This document shows positions 38,001-49,011 of a stretch of 64,000 bases of DNA, piece after piece. Where the stretch lies: the NCBI RefSeq assembly GCF_000181795.1, contig NW_003526945.1:5185094-5249093 (forward strand), written 5' to 3'. The position numbers and the translations under genes are program-made. Position 1 is the stretch's first letter. Every line of letters starts with the position of its first letter. The notes below the pieces were generated by a model. It had not been told where the DNA came from, ran no database searches, and worked only from the letters and a program-made list of their open reading frames with translations. The DNA is from Trichinella spiralis. Taxonomy: Eukaryota.

Positions 38001-41000
38001 ATTATTATTACTGTAGAATTATGCAGGAATGCCTGCTTTTTTATGATCATCATCATCCATTTGTTATAAACGGATGAGCTTGAAATCGTCCTGCTCGATA
38101 CGGCGCGAAGCATATCACGGCGTTGTTGTCAACTCTGGTCAACTGTCCAAAGTAAGCTTTGCTTATTTATTATTAGTATTATTATTTTATTTCTTCAACT
38201 TTGAATTTGAATGAAAATCTGAATCCAGTTTCCACCTTTTCTGCAATGACGATCACATGCACAACAGAAAAGCTTTTTTGACAATTTTCAACTTGACAAC
38301 AGACATCAATTTGCATATCATACACGTTATGGTTGTTTTTTTTTCTTCTGAAAAATGAAATAAGAAAACAATAATTTATTCTATTCGGTACGAATGTATG
38401 CCTATATATCAATGCATTGATGCAGTGGAAATTGCGATGGAGTTGGTTGATTTGAACACAACAAGTTTGTAACATATTTATGACGAGCGTACTGTATTGA
38501 TTTCAAATTGAATAATTCAACAATAATCGTTCAGTTTATTCGAACAAATGAAATTGTACAATTCTAATTTTGAAACTGCACAAAATCGTTTATTGAATTT
38601 ATTCATATTTTTTGGTACAAGTAGTGTAGAATTAAAAAAAGTAAATCCGATCTTGCTAGCATGTGATATTTGTAATTTTATTACAGTCCATGATAGCTGT
38701 TTTTCATATTTAATTTCATTTTACAGCCCAATGACATAACGCATATAATGTACATGATCTTTTTCATCGCGACAACAGTTGGTTGGCAATAGTTGTAGTT
38801 GTACACTTGAACTTTCAACAAACTTCAATGCAGGATTACGAACAAGGATTGAAATATATACCAAATGCACATTGTGCGTGTGTGTGTGTGTGTGAACAAT
38901 TTTTCTATTCATTTATATAATAATCTGAAATATTTTATTATATAAAAAATAATGCACATAATGTGTTTCATGAGATATTATTTGAATAGAAAAATATCAT
39001 TATATATGTGGCCATTTATACTTTGTGTGTGTGTACATATTGTTGTTCCATTGTTTTCATATTGGGCAAATTTGATTTTAATTTCATTGATGCAGTTGGT
39101 CAGCTATTGAGATTATTCTATTTTATTACTTTTCAAGAATAATACATTTCAATTTCATCATCTTTGTTCTGACATTTGTTGTGTGCATGGATGCATGAAA
39201 GCACCGTCAGTTGTGTTTTTGTTGTTCAGCTAGCCGCCTAATATAGATAGATATAATATATAGATTGGATTGATAATATACGTGACAGATGGACAACTGA
39301 TTCGCTTGTCCAGACGTGTGAAGAACATCAGTATGCAAAGAATAGTATATGTTCATTTTGAAATCAATATCTTCATAAATGGCAGGCATATTTATCTTTT
39401 CCATAAAACAAATAAGTGAAAAAGCATATTTTTAGATGATGATAATGAAGAGGAATAAGAAAAGAAAAAATATATATATATAAATATTTCATTTGACTAT
39501 TTTGTTATGTCAATGTTGCAAAAGAATAAGAGAATAAGTGAGTAAGTGAGAGAAAGAGAAAGAGAGAATTTTTAGTTGTGAAAGTCGGAAAATTAAGAAA
39601 ACAACAACCACGCTCAACTTTATTTGTGTAATTGAGATCTTCGAATGACACTTCTTCTTCGACTTCAGATCAATACCATACGCCACTGGTACATCTTATT
39701 AATTAAAGGAGAGAAAAAAAATTTCCCTTTTAAAAATATTTTTATAATAAATTTACGAATGAGAATATGTTATTGTTTTGAAATTCCGACAAAAAAAACA
39801 ATAATAATAAACATTTGATGATCGGGTTACTTGATTTTCCATATGCAAATTTTTTCAACAATTGTATTAAAAAAACAAAACAAAAAAATAAAATAACAAC
39901 GATATTACTGTATCGAATGAGCAGATTTGTGTGTGTGTGATACAGGTTGTGTAAATTTTAATAGAATTGTTGTATTTTTCCGAAACGTCAATGTACTGTG
40001 TTATTGCTTGTAATGAACAACACTGTGCATACAGTGGTAGCGAACAAAAGTTCCGCCGTTGTGTAAATACTGTTTTGATTTGACGTTAGCTTTGTCATAT
40101 TCTTCTTCTTCTTCTTCGGTGACGTGTTGGACAGATTCTGTTCGCTAAATTTGATTCTGTTACAATTTGAAAATCAAACCAACATTTGATATTTTATTGT
40201 TATCATCTGATTGTCAATTAAAAGGGCATTATCATTATTATTATTATTGTTAAATATTGTTATTATTATTATTATTGTCGTCTGACTGCGTGTGTAGTAG
40301 AAATTGCACTATTCAATTTGACGATATTATTATTATTATTATCATTATTGTTATTATGCACGTTTCAGATCGTGCGCTATTAAAATTTTTAGTGTGATCG
40401 ACCGACGTCAGAATTGTGTCATTTAGAAAATGTTAACCGTAGTAAGTAGTGTATATTTTATGATATTTTTTTTTCTTAATATATATCTTATTCTTCTCTA
40501 TTTATAATATTCTCGAACGGAAGTGGTTCAAGTTGTTATTCTATTCTTATCTTATCTTATCTTTTACGTACATCATGCTTTATCGAGAACAATAATGGAA
40601 AAGATTTTCTCGTGATTATGTAAATGAATGTATCGTTTCGAACAGTTCTGTATATGATATGTTTTCATTATTATATATATATATACATATAGTTTTTTTG
40701 TTCTGTTGTCAAATTGCTAATTTAAATAATTGATAAAGTGAAATTGGTCGACAGTGTGAAGTTGTCCTATTGTTCTGTCAATGTTCAACTTTCCATTTCA
40801 CTTATTCATTTATTGACTTCACTTGACGCCTTTTGGCTGGCCGGTTAAGAATAACTTTGAAAGCGCAGATTGATCGGCAAATCGTGGGTGGTGCGCGTGT
40901 AAAATTGTGTTCGTGGTCGATCGAATACAAATCCCCTTGACTGGAGTGCATCTTAATTAATAACGAGAAAAAAAAGTCAAGATTTTACACTCTAAATCTG

Positions 41001-44000
41001 TCCAATTTTTCTGCTCATCGGTGATGTTTAGCAGATTTGATTTTTGTACGGATAAGCATGCTTCATCATCATCATTGTTCGTCGGTATTTGAATGAAAAT
41101 ATTTCCATTACAATTTGTCAGTATTATTGGAAGCATGGGATAAAAGTTTGAATCACTTTTTCATCACATGAGAGTCAGTGAATAATCTTATCCACGTTGT
41201 TGTTGTTGTTGTTGTTGTTGTATGCACGTTGATTTCCATACAGAGATAGTTTGTGAAAGTAGTAAAGTTTTTTTTAATAAAATATCCTTTACAAACGGAG
41301 GGAATGGATAAAAAATTTTCATTAATGAAATCATATAAACTACCATGGATGTATGATAGAAATGAAAAGAAGAAGAAAAAGAAAGAGAAATGGCGTGTTC
41401 AATGTCAGTATGTTTGTCAAGAAAGCAATCAATGCTGAACATCTGAATAATAATGAGTAGCAGTTTTGCTTTTTGATAAGAAGATAAGGGGAAGGTGCTT
41501 TTGACGTTTTCAAAAGGGAAGATTAAATTTCTTTCAAATCGTCATCAATGACTGAAGAAGAAAATGTGAAAATATATCAGAAATTATGATGATATGTCCG
41601 TCCGTCTTGTCTTGTCTTATCTTGTCTTATCTTCTCTACACTACACTGACTTGCTTGTACAAGTCATTCGTCTTTAATTAATTCAATGCGTCTTCTCGAC
41701 TTGTTGCTTTCTGATGAGGTGAATTTTTATGCAATTATTATTCTTACTTTTTTTTTCTTTCAATTTTAAGCTTAAATGATAACTTGTATAGTATCGTCAT
41801 TATAATTTAAACCTGTTCAATGTTGATAGTGAGAGAAAGCTGATTTAATTAATCAGGACAAATTGTTGAACAAAGAAAAACGCTCAGGCTTAATAGTGAA
41901 AAATTTTAAATAACTTCTAATTAACATCCCACTACTGGTTCTCTGGTCTTTCTCGTGTAAAATAAATATAATAAATGCTATTTTCCATTTTCTCATTTTT
42001 GTCATTTTCAATTTCAAAAAATTCTGTTTACTGTAAAATTAATACAAAATAATTGTCAATAGAATGGAAATTTTTCTAATAGATTGGTTTACCGTTTGAA
42101 TTTAAGTTACAAGTAGATGTTTGCTAATTGAAAACGAACTACTTGCTTATGTATATTCTCTGTGGAACAACAGAATGATTTATTACTTTGAAATGTGTTT
42201 GATAATACTCTTGAAATTAGATACCATTACGCAAAACGACATCATCGTTTGTTGTTTGTGTTTGTGTATCTGAAGCTTTTATTGTTGATAAATTTATGCC
42301 ATTTTTGAGAGCTATTTTTGCTTGCAATAATTTTGAAAGATTAATAATCGAACTGCACACCATTTCTACCAAATAAGCATACAAATCAGAATTCAATCTT
42401 TACAAAATGACGTGATAAACAATTGGATTTCTCTTGCCCAGAAAATGATTTATTTCTTTGTTCAATTGTATCGAATTTTTTTCTGTTCTTTTGTTTTTAA
42501 TTCTTCTCAATATACTGAACCTTTTCCTTGAAATAAATAAACTACACCTGTATTATTTACTTATTGTACATTTTTATTTATAATTTACAAAGCTAATTCG
42601 ATATTTTTTTTCACACTTTGTCGATGGTTGTACTTTAATTGTTCAAAAAGTTAGCATATTATTAATCCAAATTTGTAACTTTGATCAGCTTTTTTCAATC
42701 TAGTGTTGTTGTATTCATAGTTTTTGATTTAATTTTTTTTGTTTTGCCTCTTTTGAAGCAAATCTGTGCTATTTGGTTCGATTTTATCGCTTACGAAGCA
42801 CCGTTCGTTCACCTTTGTGCGGTAAAATGATTGGTCAATCATTTATTTCATTTTTTCAATTATTGTTTTTTGTTTGTTTTTTTACTGTTTTTCCAGTTTA
42901 CGATATCAATGTGATTTTCAGGTTTGAAAAAGTGATACACAAAAATATTGTTTTTTTTTGTTTACATTTTTACTTTCTCAGGTCTTTTTTTTCGACAAAA
43001 CGAACATTCTTTCATGTGCAGAATTTTTTTTACAATTATGCAAAGCGTAACAAAAAGGATATTGAAATTATTCGAACAGAGATGACATTCGTTCCGCGTC
43101 TGTTTTATTAGTAGCATCGATTGCGTGGTTTTGGATTTTTATTATTAAATTTACTGGTCAGCGAACAATCGAACAAAATTGTCCCGTTGAATTTTGTTAT
43201 CCAATAATTTGCATATTATCTTTTATTAATGTGAACGTTAAATTTAGCATAATTAGATTGTGAAAAACCTTTCTCATGTACGTATGCACGTACAGGTTTG
43301 TGTTTAACATTGTTTGGCTGATTGATAAATGAATTATTTTTTTTCTGTGCAGACGTTTAATTTGTTTAAACATTGCACTGTTTATAACCAACGCTTATAA
43401 GATGCATTATTGTGGATTAATATTTGTGGGTGACGTAAATTTGATGGGTGTAAAATGGAAAAAAAATTCAGTAGTCTTCTTGCTGTCTGTTGGCTTCAAT
43501 CTCTGAACATTGAAGTTTAGCGGGCAAAAGTAAAATTAAAAAAAAAAGAAAAAAGTGCACGCAGTATGTTTGGTGGTGGTTGGTCGAGAGGTTTGCTGAT
43601 TAGCTGTTTTGTCTGTTGGTTGGTTAAACGCTTTAAAAGGGAGGATTGATTTGCGCCTCGTTTGCTCAACTCTTGTCCTGTAAAACACCGCCAAGCGAGA
43701 AAAATCGCAGGTTGTTTTTGCACTGTTTGTCGAAGTGTTGAAGGTGTTTTTTTCCGTTCGTTGTATATTTTATTAATATTCGTGGAGCTGTTTTCATCGC
43801 CGAGCATTTGAATATATATAATATCTATAGCTCGTACAATTGCAAGTCGATCAGCATTCACAAATATCCGCAACCAAAAATTTCAAACACAGCCAACATA
43901 TACATATATATATATATCGTTTGTTGTTGTTGTTGTTGTTGTTGTGGTTATTTTTCATTTATTGTTTATGAACGAAACATACAAGCGGAAAAATGCTGAC

Positions 44001-47000
44001 CAAGAACAACAACAACAACAACAACAGTTGATGATTATCGCAAATGTATGTGAACAAGCTTTGTATTTTTCACTTCTGCCTGTGAATATGTTGTTTTTAT
44101 TTTTAATATATTTTTTATTTTAAATAATATATTGGCTTTGATTTTCAGTTGGTGCATGAAATTAATCACATGGTAGCGTCGTATAAAAATATGGTCCAGT
44201 CAGTTGGCACACACTCCGATTCTGTACATTTGCGAGAAGATTTGCAGCATCTTAAAGAGCAGTGCCTGAGAACTTGTGATAGCGCCAAGAATTGCATACT
44301 GCCGCAATTGAAGAGGTGAGTTATTATTATTTTTGAATAATAATTTAACTATTTTTTTAAATATTGAAAATAGATTGATAGTTTTGATTAAACGTAAGGT
44401 TGGTAAATCAAATCCGAATGATCAGAACATGTACAGTTAAACGTGTGATGGTTAGCTGAGGGGGTGGAAAATTTTTTCGACAAATCCCACTGACCGACGG
44501 CGGTTGTTGTTATTGATAAAGTTTAAGAAATTTGAATCCAACGCCCGCGACACGTCTGTCTTGAGATTCGGCTCGTAAGCTTCCAATTTCCTCCAGGCTG
44601 GCCGCCAAATTGGATTAAGTAATCAGCATTTTGGCCTTTGCTTTATCTTAATTGAAATTCTCCTTCGACGAGGCATGGCTAACATCAGTAGCATTAGCAC
44701 ACAGTGGTCAAGTCGAATGTTGTAGTCTTTACGGAAAGAAAAAGCCATAAATTGTAGAATTATATATATAAGAAACTGTTTGTTTATTGTTTCGACTTGA
44801 ATTTATGCAGGTAGAGGTAATTATTTGCAAATTTAAATTTTCATCAAATCATTATTGGTAGTAGTAGTAGTATTAATTGTGGTTTATTTAAATTGTTATC
44901 ATTTAATCAAGATGATTTATTCAAAATTTGAAAAAAAAAATTTCTTTGATCGATACATCCATCCATCCGTCGTACATGATTGAAATATTTTTCTAAAATT
45001 AGCATTGAATAATGTGATTAAACAAATGCTGAAGTGGTGGTGGTGGTGGTTGTGGATTTTTTTATCCCCCATTTTCCTTCATCTCTCTCTCTTGGATCGG
45101 CCAAATTGCTCTGAATATTCTCAAAAATTGAACAAACAGCCTGGTTTATTTATTTTTCAATTGATTCAATCAGCCAAAGTCACTCGGGTTGAACATGTTG
45201 AAAAATTTGAATAATTGCCATTTTCTTATTTGTTTCCTATTTTTGAAAAATTCAATTTCAAATTGCCTCCTCAAAATGAGCAAAATTGCCATCTTTGCCA
45301 TATTTCTCGTCGTCGTCGTCGTCGTCGTCGTTCATCACTGCCCCTGTATGAACGACGGTTGTAGGTGTACTGTGGAAATGCTGGCATTGGTACAATTTTT
45401 TGAAATTGGAGGATTACAAATTGCAATTGAAATTCATTGAAAAACACAAAAAAAATTGAATGTGAGCAAAACAGAAATAATTAACGCGTGAAATGCTTTC
45501 ATATTTGATTTGTTGTTCGATTTGCTTTAAAAAATAGACAAAGAAAATCATATTATGATCATGTATATGTTGCTTGTCTGAGTGCTTTTTATGCAAATGT
45601 TCACTGTTGAATATACATTTGCTGAAGATTGTGAGCGTTGTTGACTGCGATGATGCTATTTGACCGCTTATAGTTACTCAGTTGTTTTTTGAATTTACAA
45701 TTTCAATTGATATTTTATTGTTACACAAAATAAATTTATTTTAATTTATAGTGAAACCCGTGAGCCGTGTCATAGCTCCGAGTTCACGAAACATGCCAAT
45801 CAATTCATCGGGTCTGTTAACCTGTTTATCATTGAAATGAGGCGGTGCAAAAGTCTGTGCAGCCGATTTGTCATTTCACTAGGTAAGAATTAACGATATT
45901 TATTCAATATTTCAGACCATTTATTTACAACATCTTTTATTTTTTTATTTTATCAAAGTTAACAAACAATTTTGCAAAAGAGGAGAATATTTATTTATTT
46001 TTCATCATTTTTAACACTATAGCATCATATTCTTTCTAATAATAATAATAATTGATATAAATAAATGTGCATCTATATTTAATTGTTCATTTTTCAAGCA
46101 ATCGAACATGAATATACTGTTAATAATAATGGTTTTTTGATTTATTGTTGAAGTAATTTTTGAAAAAAATAAATCGATTAAAACTAGCTGCACAATATTG
46201 ACAAAAGGTTGTATTTATTCTCAGTTTAATTTTAGAAAAGAAATATTTCCTTTCAACAATTGTTGCAATTCTTTCATCTACTGTGTGTTTTTATTTTCCA
46301 ATTTTTCAATTAAATACGTAATCTGTATTGTTCGAAAGGTGATGATGTATTTATCATCATCATCATCATTGTTGTCGTCGTTATTATCATTTTAATTATT
46401 AGTAATTGGAAAATGATAATTGGAATTTTTCACATTTGACAAAGAGTATATAATATTTTTCATAACGTGAAAAATTCCATTTTTACATGTATTTTGGGAT
46501 AATGATTATATGATTATTTTATTATCGTATCGTATCGTATCCTACCTTGTATAGGGGTTTTGAAAATCGATAGAAAAGAAAATTATTGTCCATTGAATAA
46601 AGTGAGTAGTGGAAAAATTGAGTGCATTGCTTGAGAATATTATAAATGCAAGTAATCAATTTTGTGTGTGTGTGTGTGTGCGTCTTGTGCAGCTTTCAAT
46701 TTATTATAAGCAGGCTGGAATTATTATTATTATTATTATTATTTTTCAACTTTTTCTTTTTTTCTACTCGACTGATTACTGGTGATGAAGAAGCAGATGT
46801 TCGACAATTGTTACCAATAGTCGAAAATAAGAGAAAGCCTTTGAATCACCAAATCCGTGTGACGACTTTTGTTTTTTATTCAAAAATATGCTTGCTGACT
46901 GTTGAATTTTTTCTGTGCACTGTTTAACATTGACATTATCCGTCAGCTGAATTGAAAATTAATCTGTTGTAATATTTTTAATAATTAACTTTCTCTTCCA

Positions 47001-47453
47001 TTTTTTTTTCTCCTTCAGATTCTCACGCTGCTACTACGGCGCCAGAAAGCAGCACAAATGCCAGTTCGACAATTCCTGCCGACGTATCCCGGTGTTCGAA
47101 TGATTCGTACCAAAATTGCAGCAGTGTGGAAATGGAAAAATTTTCCAGGTCTGTAGTATGCGTATGTTGTGGATAAATTTGTTTTTCAATTTCGATAATC
47201 TTCTACAGGGATCTTGCAGAAGCGGAAGCGATTTTAGAAACTCTAGAAAATGCAATAACAATCCACTTTTCAACAAGTATGCAGTGCAATTTTCTCCAAC
47301 TGATGAATGAATGAATTGGAATTATTATCTTGTTTTTGCTGTAATTTTTCAGGTAAAACTGATCCGGATAAGCATGTCGTCAACACCAAATCAAGGCGTA
47401 GAAGCTGGAGAATTGGAAAACTGTTTGCAAATTTCAAAACAAGTTATGCATAA
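32022..47453 (+). CDS. rsbp-1: RGS7-family binding protein (R7BP / nematode RSBP-1), long isoform about 325 aa
   Basis: Exons 32022-32038 (tentative start MLRSKV), 32663-33026, 44149-44315, 45752-45882, 47019-47148, 47209-47276, 47353-47453, all GT-AG and in phase. Core LVHEINHMVASYKNMVQSVGTHSDSVHLREDLQHL...ILPQLK, HANQFIGSVNLFIIEMRRCKSL, EAILETLENAITIHFST and polybasic tail KSRRRSWRIGKLFANFKTSYA match R7BP/RSBP-1 as I recall them. Core exons are firm; linkage of the 5' exons is inferred from phase. Confidence 0.85.
38074..38151 (+). CDS. rsbp-1: Candidate alternative first coding exon of rsbp-1 (short isoform about 224 aa)
   Basis: ATG-initiated MSLKSSCSIRREAYHGVVVNSGQLSK ends at AAA|GTAAGC in phase 0, matching the acceptor at 44149 (K|LVHE), the same junction residue as the long isoform. 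Confidence 0.55.
43921..44025. repeat. Inverted microsatellite pair (TTG)8 ... (AAC)7
   Basis: (TTG)8 at 43921-43944 and (AAC)7 at 44005-44025. Confidence 0.9.
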
Positions 47454-47629
47454 AGAAAAAAAAGGAAAAGGCTAAAAAACGAAATGGAAAATTGTTTTTC
47501 TCACTTGCCTTTCAGACTTTATGGTGCTTGAAGGGAGAAATTATTATTATTACTTTTTTTGTATGTCTGAATTTGAAATATTTTTTTAAAAAATAAAACA
47601 AGCAAAACAATAAATGGAGAATAAGAAAC

Positions 47630-48990
47630 AAATGCTGTGCTCACCTTATTTATTTATTCATTTATGCTTTAACTGATGGAAATTAATGCTTATAAATGGA
47701 GGTGTGAAGAAACGATTCTTGCTTGCTTGTGTTGGTGGAGATTATTATGGCAGACCGCGTTATTCGGAAGCTGGAATTTTGCTGTTCGCCAAATTATCAA
47801 CAGCAAAATAACCGTCTTCCAAATAAAATGGCGCCGATCAAGCATGCAGCAAGCTTGCACGAGCAAAATTATTTTCCAACAAATTTCCAAACGAGGCTTT
47901 TTCATTTTACAACACTGAACTTCTTTCTCATCAATCAAACTATATCAGCTAATCTGAAATCGACTGAACAAACACGAGCAAATAAACAAACAAACAAAAT
48001 TTTTCTGCGAAAAAATAACAAAATTACGAAAAAGATCAACAACAATTGACCAATTTGTGCAATAGAACAGTATACTTTATTTAATATTTTATTCATAATT
48101 AGCAACTTTTTGATTGTCGAAATATCATATCATTCATTATACATAATATTATCATTATATATATATCACTGACAGACTCTGATAAGAGAAAAATAAAACT
48201 TTCATCTTCTTTGATTTAGCATTCATTAATCATTTACTACAGTCTGTGCAAAATGTCTGACAATCACTTACTTGAACCGTTCTATTGATAAAAATATCAA
48301 GCAAAGCAGAACAAAAAATACAAAAAAAAAATCTACCACATTAAGTATTTTTAAATTTCGACAGTTTGGAATAACTTGGTACTGGCTTCATTTTTCCAAT
48401 GAACAATAAATAATATTATTCAACAGTGTCAGTTGGACAAATTATTATACCAATAGAATAACGATGGAATCTCTATTTAAAAACAAAAAATACGTAAATC
48501 CCAAACTACAATCCAAAACTCAAACTCTGTATAAAATAACTAATATTATTATTGGAATATTTGAAAAGAAATTGGTAATTTCAATTTGAATATGTCTGTT
48601 AAAATTGTTACAAATTCCACTCAAAAGTGTTACGATAATTATTTTGAACAAAACAAACATACTTTTCACTTACTGGAAAATTTGCATATTTATCGACGAG
48701 ACGACGAGTTGAAAATGGACAAGCAGAATTAGTTGGTATATGGTGAGGAAAAGTTGGAAGTGGAATGAAATTAAATTTTTAAACGGCCAATAGAATTTTT
48801 CAAAAGCGAACAACCAAGCGGCAGTCTGCCTGTTGGCGTTCCGTGGTCTTAACTGGATTGAAAACTGAAAAATGACGACGGCGACGGCGACGATTGGAAG
48901 CATATATGGAAAGCAATGAAAAGCACGGCCACAGTCGTCACTGGCCGTATTATGCACAACTTGGCCTGAACTGAACGACGCGTAGTGAAC
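47630..48990 (-). ncRNA. Candidate spliced non-coding host transcript (pri-mir-7)
   Basis: Minus strand: donor CCA|GTAAGT at 48673; 10-nt exon AACGGTTCAA (48281-48272) with a long T-rich tract, AG acceptor and GTAAGT donor; acceptor TTTCAG| before 47953; tandem AATAAA at 47658-47649. The hairpin lies between the last acceptor and these poly(A) signals. Both ends are approximate. Confidence 0.4.
47753..47839 (-). ncRNA. mir-7: pre-miRNA hairpin of the miR-7 family; predicted mature 5p at 47821-47799, UGGAAGACGGUUAUUUUGCUGUU
   Basis: The 5' arm has nt 1-8 identical to miR-7 (UGGAAGAC) and the typical AUUUUG.UGUU 3' end. It pairs with the 3' arm AACAGCAAAAUUCCAGCUUCCGAAUAA: an 11-bp perfect AUUUUGCUGUU/AACAGCAAAAU block, GGAAG/CUUCC and UUAUU/AAUAA, around a loop of about 12 nt. 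There is also a lower stem GAUCGGCG/CGCGGUC. Confidence 0.85.
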
Positions 48991-48998
48991 CGTCTATC

Positions 48999-49011
48999 GT
49001 TGCTTAGCGAC
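48999..49011. promoter_or_regulatory. X-box-like (RFX/DAF-19) motif, 13-bp variant
   Basis: GTTGCT-T-AGCGAC, an imperfect palindrome resembling GTTGCY-N-RGYRAC, with an extra GGCAAC half-site at 49018-49023, in a locally GC-rich island. Confidence 0.35.

Noticed and set aside
44811..44816. Apparent 6-nt microexon AG|GTAGAG|GTAATT in rsbp-1
   Set aside because: Inclusion creates an in-frame TAG and the pyrimidine tract is weak.
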